Below are positions 50,267 to 61,472 of a DNA stretch of 61,472 bases, piece after piece. The stretch is from Nemertoderma westbladi (taxonomy: Eukaryota > Animalia > Xenacoelomorpha). The DNA lies in the NCBI GenBank assembly GCA_032718475.1, contig JAUCBJ010006934.1:1-61472 (forward strand), given 5' to 3'. The position numbers and the translations under genes are program-made. Each line of letters begins with the position of its first letter. Position 1 is the stretch's first letter. The notes under the pieces were generated by a model. That model had not been told where the DNA came from and did not search any database. It saw nothing but the letters and a program-made list of their open reading frames with translations.

Positions 50267-53200
50267 TTACGTTATGGAGTCCCTAGATGTTTGAAGGATT
50301 AGGGAGGTGGTCGTGGGAAGAGAATCTTGCCTTCCACAGTTTCCGGAGAGTCCTCCATTCCCTTCCGGTAAACACAAACGACCGACTGGGTGATTGAGTC
50401 GCTGCATCCCGAATACAATTCCAGGTTTCCTCTTCGTCCTGGAATAGTGACGATAGAAACATCGCTCAAAGTATATGACGGCGTTACAAAGCCGATTCCA
50501 GGAGCTATAGTGGTCCGTCGCTCCCTGCAGGAGAGGTAAGAGTCCCTGCGAGACGTCTGATGTTCCAGAGCTCCAATCGCTCCCTCTGATCTTCATGAAG
50601 GATCCACTCGCGGTGGGGAGGTCCAGATCCACGGCGTCGTCCCTGGCAATATGTAATACCGACAGATCTATCCCGGGTTCAAATAACTCCGATCCACCCG
50701 TCCGGGTTTTAGGTTTGACTTTCTCCGCTCCCTTGGCTGGTCTAATCTCAGTCGGAGTAAGATGGGGAGGCCATTCATCCTCCTTACTCAGGAAGTCGGG
50801 TTCACCTAGCCGGTCTGGAGTATCTGTCAGTTCTTGAGGAGTTGCTCCTCTGGAAGCGATGTCGGCTATATTCATCGTCTTGGGGCAATATCTCCATTGA
50901 TCTACATTGGAGTTAAGATTGTCATTATCTGAGGAGTGTGGTGTTCCCTCAGTTGGGTCGTCTCCCTCACTAGTATCGTCTTCCCATTCACTCACCTGGC
51001 AGACGCGATCTTGAAGCAGTCTTTCTCTGAGCATTCTTCGGGAAGGTCCAGTAAGGTACCAACCTACTCTAGTTCTTACCGCATAGGTCTGAAGTGGTTG
51101 CGGTTGAGCAGGTCGTTTCTCCAATGTCTCCAGCGCCTCATGCGCGTTTTGACCGATTAATATTTGTACTCCAGGATAATCGGTGTCGAATCTAGGGATG
51201 TTAAGTTGTTGGGCATGATCATCTTCGTCCCAATTATAAGGTTCCACTTGGGTGGTAGCGAAGTTCTTTATTGCCACCATTTTGACTGACCTTATACTGT
51301 ATTCTCCTAGTTTATCCTGTGGAGTGGACAACTCACCTATATAATAGTCGGCAGCTACAGTAGAATTCCAAACCTGCATGATCCCTGACATGTTTAGCTT
51401 GGTTCGGAACTTGGGTTGTCCAGCAAAGATGACTTTGGCTAGTTCTTTATCGATGAATGTTCCTGTGCTACCGGAGTCCAGGAGGGCGTTCACTATATAG
51501 CTCTTCTGAGGTCCGTGGACCCGTAACTGGACTACAGGAAATTCTCGGATTCCTACATTGGAAGGTGGCGCTTTCCAAGATTGTTGTTGATCGGAAATAG
51601 CTAGAGTGAGGTCGCTGTCTGTATCTTTTTCATATGTGAGTGCTCGATACAATGCGGTATTTATCATGTAACAGGATTCATTTTCGTCGGAGAACTCGTC
51701 CGTATAGAATCCTTCCATCTCAGATTGATCAGTGTCGTTCACATCACTGAATTGGACATGTAGTTCGGACTCACTTACCTGACTCGGGTTGCTTCGTTCG
51801 AATTCAGTGTGCAACAAGATATGATGTTTTGCACCGCACTTTGCACACCTTGCGTCGGAGTAACAGGTTCGCCGTTGGTGTCCTCGTCTGAGGCAATTAT
51901 AACACAACCGCTTATCCCACATGACTTCTCTCGTCTCTCCGTTAATGATTTCTTCAGGAATTCATCACACATATTCAAACGGTGGGTCCCGTTACACAGC
52001 GCACATTTCGGTTTGATGTTACTTACTTTAACCTGTGCTATGTGGTGCACACTTGTTCTTTCCTCGGGCTTTCTCACCTGAATTCTTTTAGGAGACGTAG
52101 GAGGGGTTTTTTGTACTGGTTCCCTTCTGTCATTGGGTCGAGACTTGGATTTACTTACCTGATCTTTAGGCATTTTATTGACATAATAAGATCTGTCAGT
52201 GTCTTTCCCGCTGTCCTCTCCTTGAGAGGTTTGGCTTTCACCATCGTCGGTATAACATACTGGTGTTACCCTTCTCCTAGAAACGGGTTTCTCACTTACC
52301 TTACTTTCCGCGGTCTTCTCTCTGGACTGCTTTATGAGCTGTAATTTCACTTCGCCATCCAAGAATGTCATGAGATCAGTCATGGTAGGGTCTCGTTGTT
52401 GTTGTTCCATCATGTATAACACTTTCTTGTCCCAGCGTGTACCTACTCCACCCTTCGGTAAAGTAGAAGCCACTGCTCTAATAACCATAGCACTCTGATA
52501 CTCATGAGACTTACCTAGCCAATCTAATTGTCTGCAGATCTCCTGAATTTCATCGGAAAACTCTATAATCCCGCTGCTAATAAACTTTCGGGGCGCTACC
52601 AACTTTGCATACAAATACCCAGCTATGTTATTCCTATTACCATACCTGATGTTTAGTGTATCCCAAACTTGTCTTAATCCGTCTGGATGTCCAATAAACT
52701 TTAACGCCATTAACTTGGGAGATCCTTCCAAACACTCGATGAGGAATCTAAGTTTCTCTCCATTAGATAGTACAGAGTTCTGTATGTTATCTTTATAATA
52801 TTCATTAAAAGGTAACCATTTCATCTCATCTCCATTGAACTTGACGATCTCTCCCACCTTTACCGCTTGCCGGGCTTCGGTTCTAGCCATTTGGCGCGTA
52901 AAACTTTCTTGGGCCATCGTGTTATTTAATATCGAGTTATCGGTATATAAATTTCTCGGATTATGATCAGGTCTATAGGGAATGTCATTATCAACAGGTC
53001 TATAATTACCCTTAATAGGGTTCACTATAGGAGTTTCTACTTCGCTAGCAGTATATATGCGTGTAGGCTCCACACCTTGCGCATGAGATACTTCAGACCT
53101 AACAGGTTGACACATTGTTACTGAGGGTGGTGGTATACCCCTTTGTGTATTTACTAATTTATCGCGTTCTAGCGCGATACTTTGCTGCACTTCTTGCAAC

Positions 53201-54337
53201 TCTAGTCTACTTTCCCTTACTGTGCCCTTGAATTGCTGAACAGTCTCCTGCATCTGCCCGAGCAGGAGATCCATCCCCCGCCGTCTCTCGTCCACCCATT
53301 CGACCGCAGAAGCGGGAGTCGCCAACGTTGTAGCGGGCGGACGAGGGACAACGGGCGACAAATCATGAATATTTCGCTCGGGGTCCAGGACTTGAACTGT
53401 CTCATGGGCTGTTCTACTGGGCACAGATAGCTTAGTACTGTGCAGAGGGAATTTAGAGGTAGCTTCAGGGAGCACAGGTGTGTCTATCACCGAAGGGGTG
53501 ATTTCAAGAACAGGCCTAATTATTTCAGGCTCATCTACTATAGTAGGGAGTCTTTCTATTTTAATTATTTGGTCTGTGGGTTCTGTACTGCCTAAGTTGG
53601 TGTTATTTAGTTGCCTTCTAACAGCTGGAGGCAAATCAGGCAATTTCTGACGGTGGAATGTTCTTTTACGTCTGCTTAGACGAGATCTATTTCCTTTGCC
53701 TTCAGTATCGGTGGTATCGCCTTCTTCAGATGATGTATATCCCTGTCTTTTGGGAGTAGATCGATTCATCATCTGCATATTACTAGCTGTTAACTGTTTA
53801 TTTATGCAGTCTTGATTCTCCTGAATGTTTTCCAATTCTAATTGGGTGATTTCTTCCGCCGCTCTACGTTCTGCTTCTGCCACTGCCATTTCCGCCTTTC
53901 TTTTCATTTCGGCTGCTTTTCTTTTCGCTTCTGCCTCTGCCGCTGTCGCTGCAGCTTTTCTTTCCATTTCGGCTGCTTTACTTTCCTCTTCGGCTGCTTT
54001 CCTTTCCGCTTCGGCAGCGGCTACTGCTGCTTTCTTTCTGTCTTCTATACGTTTTTTCTTTACTTGCTCTTCTTGGACTCGTGTGATGCGGAGTTGTTCA
54101 TCAAATTTAGCTTGGTTCGCCGCTAACATTTCCGCATCGATTGCGTCCAGCACAAGCTTGGTTCCTTCACTATTAGGGCTAAGCCCCTCCAGCCTTCTCC
54201 TCAACTCTTCGTCCCCTACAAAGCGTTGATAGTCTGACAGATAGATGTCAATGGCATCTCTCTTCCGCGGCCCCTCCGCTGTCCCTTCACTTTCTTCTTG
54301 AGAAGAAGTGGTGTCGGTTGATTCTTCATAGGTTGGC
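50267..54337 (-). pseudogene. BEL/Pao Gag-protease-only ORF, upstream copy with 2-nt frameshift near 51930
   Basis: ORFs 51775-54204 and 50267-51922 nearly identical to 46549-50124; extra tc at ~51930; frame open to ~54370. Confidence 0.85.
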
Positions 54338-54782
54338 CTGTAAAATGCGGAACTAATATCGCATTTCGTTTATGTAGTTAGTGTGTGATTTTCTAACTTG
54401 TTTAAAATAATCCGGACTATAATTAGGGAGAATTAACGTATTTATACCTTATCTAAAAGGCTAAAGCATTGGCAATATTTAGGCCCATTATCGTGACAAA
54501 CGAATAAATAACAGATCGGATTTATATTTATACTGACCATGACATATCAAGGGTGAAATCACTAATACTAATTAATATACTATAGCCTTGGGGCGAACAG
54601 GAAGATCCACACGAAACCGAGTAGGGATCGAAGTGACAGCCGTCGCTGAATAAACAGGCTGCGGTCTTCATAGATACCAGGTGATTTCCCGCCAGGCGTT
54701 CGTCCTTATTGCGTCCTCCACGTCATTCCGAGAGAAACTCCGGTGACCCAAGACCTCGCCCTTTAGTGACTAAGGGCGACCA

Positions 54783-55352
54783 TGCTTCTCATAACAAGTT
54801 TATAAGAAAATAACTAAACCAAATCTCATTATAATTGCCGTAAGAGTGGCGCTAAAATACGGTAACTTGTCCCGTATTCTCTGGAAAATATAGCCGGATA
54901 CCAAATATACAAATGAATCAAATAAAAGGATAAAGAATAACGAAATATTAAATATATTATTAACGATATTAGATAGTCGTTAATATTACTAGCAAAAAAC
55001 AAACAATGAATATTATTTTTACTCAACTCTAAAAGCTAATCAATGATACATAGCAAAACAGAGCTGTAATTGATTTTGAGAGTAGCCAATCACAGATTAG
55101 ACATTCCCAATAGTACCATTAGCTAAGCTTCATATAAACAGCTGTTTGTATAGAGTAACAAGAATTCTCTACCTAATTATAATTAGAGCATATCCCTTGG
55201 CGTGAGCAAAGCTCCGAAGGGAAACGATAACCAATAATGAACACTATGATAATAATACAAATGCGACTGGACAGTCACAATTATAACTTTACAACCTATA
55301 AATTTGATTTGAAATAAAGACTTATTTTACAAGGTGCGCGTAGAATCTTACA
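54783..55352 (-). repeat. Putative LTR (~570 bp) downstream of the minus-strand pol
   Basis: Minus strand: PPT-like gggagtag|TGTAAG ... AAGCA|TGGTCGCCC (PBS-like). Confidence 0.55.
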
Positions 55353-56702
55353 CTACTCCCGAAAAATCAAGATTTTTCAAACCCAAAAAAGGATCTACGC
55401 GCTACTAAGGTTACTTAATTATACAACATAAAAATAGAATAATAAATTTATTTACCATGCAATACTTTATAAGTGGAAAATAAAATATTATCTTAATCTA
55501 CAAAATCTTTAATCTATAAAATATTATCTTAATCTTAATCTTAATCTTAATTAAGTCTACAGAAAAAATATACAAACTTGTACTTACAGCAAGCATTATA
55601 TCTTACAGAGCACAAACAATATAAAAAGAATAAATACAAAAATATTCCGGCATAAATACATACATTTCAATTAAGGCACATATTTAATTAAATTTATTAA
55701 CAAACTATTAAAGCTATGTTAATTTATTGGCGGGTATTAGAATAATTTGAAACGATATTGATAAATCAAATCAGCGAGATTTTGAGCGAGATTATATAAG
55801 CGTTTTATAATTTCAATGATCATAGTCCAAATACAACCTTCTGACCTTAACCGTCCTAACAACCGAATCCGAATCGACCAACGATATGATAGAGTGATTG
55901 GTATCAGATTCCTCCAGACAGCTGGGCTGGTTCTTCAGACGAAGTGCTTTCCTATTCTCGTTGATCGTTGTTTAGGCTGTCAGGAGAACCCAGTGAATAA
56001 ACCTCATCGTCATCGAGTAAACATCATGCGAGACAGCGAGACATAAGAAGGAGGTCCGTCGAATTGCCGAAAAGAAATTCTTGTTCTCATGAACATCAGG
56101 CAGTCAACTTGTTTCTCAACATTCAGTAGGGGAAACTACACAGAATCGGGGTGGGTCGTCCACTCAAATTGATCGTAGACATTGTTCCTTCTCGAAACAT
56201 CATCGAATACTGATCGGCAGTGTAAATTTAACTTTTAAGCAACGCGAGCGGGACAACACTCATAATACCTAATCAATTCATATTTCTGCAAAACGAAAAC
56301 ATCTTCACCAGCAAAAGTAAGATAATTATCATAGTGCCAGTTCGTAGTCGAAGTTCGACTTTACGGGGTGTCATCGGTGGATTGTTTGAAGTCCTACATG
56401 ACTAGACCAAGACAACCGGTGATAGATGGATCTACTTCGAAGAACCATAGATAACATTAACGGGTACTGGTAATTCGAAATAACATAACAGTGACATCTG
56501 ACAGTTTGAAGTAAAGACATTCGAAAATAACGCTTAAGACTCTCCAAGGAGTCGCACCCTTGAGGATTTCGTTTGATACCTATAAAGTGTGCTGTCCCAT
56601 CTAAACAGCAACTGCCGCCACCAGAGTAGAAGCTCCTGCTACGCCACAAAGCGACCCTAGAATTTTAATTATTTAACTGCCACCTCGCACAAAGAAACAA
56701 CT

Positions 56703-56876
56703 ACGAAAAAACAAGCATCGTACATACATACACTTGTACACCATTACACACTCCTTTATTTAACATACATTCTTACTTAAATTAACGAATTAACGAAAAA
56801 CAAGCATCGTACATACATACACTTGTACACCATTACACACTCTTTTATTTAACATACATTCTTACTTAAATTAACA
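56703..56876. repeat. ~90-bp tandem duplication in the retrotransposon 3' UTR
   Basis: acgaaaaaacaagcatcgtacatacatac...ttaaattaac occurs twice. Confidence 0.9.
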
Positions 56877-57066
56877 AACATTTTCAATAAGTAAGTAAGC
56901 AATCTAAAAGATAAAAATAATCCAGGATAATGAAATAATCTATGATCTTATATCCAGATCAAATAAATTTATTTTATATTCTAGAATATTCCAAACAAAT
57001 TCCCTAACCGCTACTCCCTAAAATATATCCAGTATATTTTAAAAACAATAGGGGAATTTCAAAGTT

Positions 57067-60000
57067 TCAATCATCCTCTACAGACTTTATAGCGGTTGAC
57101 TCTAAAATTGCTAATCGTTGTACAGGTCTTTCATAAACACTTCCGGTAATCGTTTTGAGTTCAACGGTTCTCACAAGACCGTGATCATCACTTTTGACTG
57201 ATAGGACTACCGCAGGAACCCAATGCCGTCTCGGTATATTTTCACGTTGTAGAAGAACATAGTCTCCTACTTGCACATTACGATGTGCTTTATTCCACTT
57301 TTGGCCTAAGGATAATTTGTCAAGGTAATGCTTTGACCAGTTATCCCAAAACTTATCAGCCACATATTGGGTCTTCTTCCATGAAACAGTAGAGTTAAGA
57401 GTAGACTCATTATTCTCAATCTCACGGGGAACAGGGATGAAAGGTTGGGTATTTAGTACATGTGCCGGTGTAATGGCTTGCGGGTTGTTTACGTCGTTAG
57501 TAAATACGACCAATGGACGAGAATTCAATATCCCTTCAATCTCGATCAGCGCAGTATTAAACTGATCGTCAGTGAGTTTATCGGTGTTTGGAATGATCTT
57601 AGTCAACGAGTGTTTAATTGTGCCAATTTCTCGCTCCCAAATACCCCCACGCCATTTCGCGGTTGGGGTATTGAAATGCCAAATAATCTGCTGTTGTTTT
57701 AGATCATCTGCTATCTGTTGCTGATTCCAACTGTTGCACCATCTCCCGATCTCATTGCAGGCACCATGGAAATTAGGTGCTGAATCGCAGTATATGTCCT
57801 TGACTTCACCACGCCGTGATGTAAAACGGCGAAGGGCGAGAATGAATGATGGTGTGTTGGAGTGAGTAACTCGTTCCAAATGTACTGCTCGTGTTGCTAA
57901 ACAAGTAAATATCAAGCCCCAACGTTTCACTGATGTGCGGTGCTGCTTAACGTTATAGGGCCCCCAAAGATCCAAACCAACTCGAGTGAAAGGTGTTTCA
58001 TGCGCTTTCAATCTATCTTCTGGTAATTGACCCATCTGTTGTTTTAATAAAGGAGCATTCCATAAACGACATTTCACACAATTTCGAAGAATGCGATTAA
58101 ATGCTGCGCTGGGTTTATGGAGCCAAAATCTTCTGCGGAGGTTTGTTGAAATTAACGCACGTCCAGCATGTAAATTCTTAATGTGCTGGTCGAGGACCAT
58201 CTGTTCTTGAATTCGCCCAATAGGAATTAAAATGGGATTCTTGAAATCATGCGATGAGTCACTTCGTTGTAGTCTTGAATGAATTTTTAGAAGTTGATCT
58301 TCCATGATTATGACATATCGATTTAATGAAGACTTCGGTGGAAGGTCTACACCATTCTGAATCGCGTTATATTCTTCTGGATGCTCATGTTGCTGGTACC
58401 ACTGCAATAAGCAATTCTCTGCAGAATGGTATTCTTCTCTTGACAAAATCCAGATTTTTGTTATTGGGATTGTTTGTGGGTCTAGTTTCTGTAATCTTCT
58501 TGATTGGCGTAGCTCTGGAGGTTTACGTATCTTCTTTAACCAATTCTGAGCAACTTTCTTACAATATGCGAGTATACGGACCGCTCGAGACCAGGTGTTA
58601 ATACTTTGAAGCCGTTCAAATATTTTATTCTCGATTGACCGAGTTAAAGACACCGTAAGGAGAGTTACTACTCCCATGGATCCTTCGTGATGAAATACTT
58701 CTCTCTTGTAATTACTTTGGTTGGCCAATCCCTTGATTTCTTTCACCTTTGGGACCTTCAATTCTAGTTGTTGCTCATCTTTCATTGAAAATTTCGGCTG
58801 CTGTGGCCAGTTTTCCTGAGATTTTCGTAGAAAACTCGGTCCAGCAAACCATAATTCATTTTCTTGTAATTTCTGAACTCCACAACCTCTTGAAGCCACA
58901 TCGGCGGGATTTTCGTTACCAGGGCACCAAAACCATTGTTCACTCTTCGATCGATCCAGGATCTGTGCGCACCTGTTTGCGACGTATGTTTTGAGATTCT
59001 GTTTAGTGTTTAGGTAAACTAACACCAATCTGGCGTCAGTCCAAAAGAATAGTTGAGGTTTGTATGTTAGCATCTCTTGAACTTCGATAGTTATCTTCGA
59101 AGAGACTGTAGCAGCTAAGAGTTCTGCTCGAGGCATTGAGATGTAAGACTTGCTCGCAATAACTTTAGACTTTGACATAACAAATGCTACTTCAACATCA
59201 CCATTTGGAGTTTGTCGTCGTAAATATATTGTCACTCCAATCGCTTTCTCACTTGCATCACTAAATGCATGAAGTTGGTATTTTGAACTCTCTGCAACTA
59301 ATGAGAAATACCATCGAGGAATCTTCATTTCTTTAACTGAGACGATTTGATCTAACCATAATTGCCATTGGTTTAGAATATCCACATCAGTTATCGCATC
59401 ATCCCAATCGTAATGAAGTTTCCATAACTGTTGAAACACTAATCTAGCCAATAAGATTACTGGGCTGATAAATCCCACAGGATCATAAAATGATGCCAAT
59501 AGACTTAAGACCAGCCGCTTGGTCCATCTCTGTGGAGTCTTCCAGGGCTTCCACCTCACGTAGAGGATATCATCATTGGGATTCCAGCCCAAACCTAATG
59601 ACTTAGATTCTGGAATCAGTTCTCTAATGAACTCGTTGTCTGGTGCGACGCGTAACTCTCGTGGTATTGATTGTAGGAGCTCTTTCGAATTACTACAGAA
59701 CTTATTTAGATTAAAACCTCCTTTCGAAAGGCAATCGATTAGTTGGGTGGAAATTGTCTTCTCTGTGTCGAGATAATCACCACTTCGCAGACAATCGTCC
59801 ACATAGAAATCCCGAAGGATGGTAATCAAGACTTCCTTGATATAATCGTGACTGAAATCTCTGCCAGTTTGATTGACAGCATTGATTGCCACGCATGGTG
59901 AATCCAGTTTACCAAACACATGGACGGTAAAATTATATTCTATTGGCTCGCCTCTCATCTCGGAATCTGGCCACCAAAGAAAACGTAATGCTTCCCGATC

Positions 60001-61472
60001 TTGTGGGGGGACAAACACTTGATGGAACATCGCTTCAATGTCGCAGTTCCATGCGAAACGATGTTCTCGAAACCGAAGAATGATCCCTAATAGGGAATTG
60101 ATGACATTTGGTCCACTTAAGAGCTCATCATTCAAAGATTTACCTTTGAATTTGGAGGATGCGTTGTTAACTACCCGTACCTTCCCGGGCTTGTCCGGGT
60201 GAGTAACAGAGTGATGAGGAAGGTAATTTGTTCGATCCGTTGATTCCTTGGGATTATCAATCGGTACGAGATAACCCTTCTCTTTGTAATCATCAATTTG
60301 TGTGCAGTAGTGACGATGGAGAACCTCATTCTTTAGGAGTTTCTTCCTTTGTGCCATCGCTTGTCTGTAAGCAACAGTTCTATTATTCGGTAATCTGGGG
60401 GTATCATTTTTCCACAACTTCCCATTTTGATAATGCCCATTTGGAAGTCTTTTTGTGGTCGTCTCGAGGATTTCCTTAGCTCGTTTTTCTTCAACACCAG
60501 GAGTGCTGTTCCATGATCCAGATTCAGGTGTATCTTTAATGAAATATTTATTAACCATTTCATACATCGCCTTGTCTTGACAAGCTATCTGACAGAGATG
60601 ATCTTGTATAATCGGATCAAGTTTCAACCAAAGTTGAGGGTCATTATATATGTCTTGAAGATTTGTAGTCATGAGAGAATTGTTTACTCTCTCATATATA
60701 TCAACACACGTATCAAAGTCAACAACTGTGTTAGTACATTCTGTGACAAAATCAATCTCTGGGTTTTCTTTCTCTTGCAGCTGATCGAATGTGGCATTAT
60801 CTAAAGTTCGAATCAATCGGTTATAAACCGATCTCATTGGGGCCCTGCGATACCAACCAAAAACTGTTTGGACTGCACACATCTGGAGCATTTTTGGTTT
60901 CTCAGGTTTATATGCAAAGATATGATGTGCCTCAAATATATCTAGTCCCAGTAAAACCGAAATTTGTTGGTTTCCATGAACTTCTACTCTTGGTACTCCG
61001 AGTGTTCTTACAAAGTATTCCTCTTCTTTGGTATTCCATGGCATAGGGTGTTCGAATGAGTCCGCTAAACCATTGATAGCCTTCAACTGTATAGAAGTCA
61101 CTGGTAATGACTCAGGTTCTCCTGATAACTCTGGTGAAGGAGCATCAAGTTCGCAATTGAAAATGCCAACATCTACTTCTTGTTCACCATTTAACATTGA
61201 TATCGTATGTTGACGGATCTTTCCAACTGAACCCAACTTCTTCGCAACTTCTATATCGATATAACTAGTTGTGCTCGCATTGTCTAACACGGCATACAGT
61301 ACTTCAGATGCTTTATTGCCGATAACCTTAAGGGGAATGACCCTAAAAGACTTCATATAGCTGTTAGCTGTGGTGTGTGTTGATATCTTAAAGGTTGCAT
61401 CTGTTTCGGATTCTAGCCAAGATGATGAATGTATATCTTCTTCACTCTCCACAGATGTATCTGTATGTTCTG
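57067..61472 (-). CDS. BEL/Pao Pol (PR-RT-RH-IN), open and running off the window edge
   Basis: LDNAS protease, YLPHH, CDIEAMFHQV, FYVDD, FSDAS, NPADVASRG, LDLWGP/CDSAPNF/WERE integrase, GLVRTVELK C-terminus; no stops. Confidence 0.95.
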   Translation of the reverse strand, partial: EHTDTSVESEEDIHSSSWLESETDATFKISTHTTANSYMKSFRVIPLKVIGNKASEVLYAVLDNASTTSYIDIEVAKKLGSVGKIRQHTISMLNGEQEVDVGIFNCELDAPSPELSGEPESLPVTSIQLKAINGLADSFEHPMPWNTKEEEYFVRTLGVPRVEVHGNQQISVLLGLDIFEAHHIFAYKPEKPKMLQMCAVQTVFGWYRRAPMRSVYNRLIRTLDNATFDQLQEKENPEIDFVTECTNTVVDFDTCVDIYERVNNSLMTTNLQDIYNDPQLWLKLDPIIQDHLCQIACQDKAMYEMVNKYFIKDTPESGSWNSTPGVEEKRAKEILETTTKRLPNGHYQNGKLWKNDTPRLPNNRTVAYRQAMAQRKKLLKNEVLHRHYCTQIDDYKEKGYLVPIDNPKESTDRTNYLPHHSVTHPDKPGKVRVVNNASSKFKGKSLNDELLSGPNVINSLLGIILRFREHRFAWNCDIEAMFHQVFVPPQDREALRFLWWPDSEMRGEPIEYNFTVHVFGKLDSPCVAINAVNQTGRDFSHDYIKEVLITILRDFYVDDCLRSGDYLDTEKTISTQLIDCLSKGGFNLNKFCSNSKELLQSIPRELRVAPDNEFIRELIPESKSLGLGWNPNDDILYVRWKPWKTPQRWTKRLVLSLLASFYDPVGFISPVILLARLVFQQLWKLHYDWDDAITDVDILNQWQLWLDQIVSVKEMKIPRWYFSLVAESSKYQLHAFSDASEKAIGVTIYLRRQTPNGDVEVAFVMSKSKVIASKSYISMPRAELLAATVSSKITIEVQEMLTYKPQLFFWTDARLVLVYLNTKQNLKTYVANRCAQILDRSKSEQWFWCPGNENPADVASRGCGVQKLQENELWFAGPSFLRKSQENWPQQPKFSMKDEQQLELKVPKVKEIKGLANQSNYKREVFHHEGSMGVVTLLTVSLTRSIENKIFERLQSINTWSRAVRILAYCKKVAQNWLKKIRKPPELRQSRRLQKLDPQTIPITKIWILSREEYHSAENCLLQWYQQHEHPEEYNAIQNGVDLPPKSSLNRYVIIMEDQLLKIHSRLQRSDSSHDFKNPILIPIGRIQEQMVLDQHIKNLHAGRALISTNLRRRFWLHKPSAAFNRILRNCVKCRLWNAPLLKQQMGQLPEDRLKAHETPFTRVGLDLWGPYNVKQHRTSVKRWGLIFTCLATRAVHLERVTHSNTPSFILALRRFTSRRGEVKDIYCDSAPNFHGACNEIGRWCNSWNQQQIADDLKQQQIIWHFNTPTAKWRGGIWEREIGTIKHSLTKIIPNTDKLTDDQFNTALIEIEGILNSRPLVVFTNDVNNPQAITPAHVLNTQPFIPVPREIENNESTLNSTVSWKKTQYVADKFWDNWSKHYLDKLSLGQKWNKAHRNVQVGDYVLLQRENIPRRHWVPAVVLSVKSDDHGLVRTVELKTITGSVYERPVQRLAILESTAIKSVEDD

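Noticed and set aside
55800-56660. Possible accessory ORF in the 3' UTR of the minus-strand pol element
   Set aside because: Only short ORFs (<100 aa), with stops in the frames I read and no motif.

Overview
AT-rich animal (invertebrate-like) genomic DNA dominated by transposable elements around one host gene. (1) 767-18677: a near-complete BEL/Pao LTR retrotransposon (+). It has a ~2800-aa Gag-PR-RT-RH-IN polyprotein with two in-frame stops, followed by an accessory ORF of ~1165 aa (two frameshifts) encoding a WRN/EXD-like 3'-5' exonuclease domain and three CCHC knuckles. Seven copies of a covarying 18-nt stem-loop (CCAAACC-YGYG-GGTTTGG) are spaced 1-2.7 kb apart along it. Its 3' UTR holds a Penelope-type inverted hammerhead-ribozyme insertion, and the whole element sits without intact LTR ends or TSD in the centre of a foldback palindrome. 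(2) 19-29 kb: nested LINE fragments, two tRNA-SINEs and a MULE-like MITE. (3) 29615-35814: an intronless caspase-WD40-FN3-repeat gene (1908 aa once repaired), split by a recent CRE-like LINE insertion, with a partial paralog at 38159-39252. (4) 62-bp and 50-bp satellites. (5) 42-61 kb: minus-strand BEL/Pao material, comprising a tandemly duplicated Gag-protease-only element and a separate intact pol. All domain calls are by-eye motif recognition; no searches were run.
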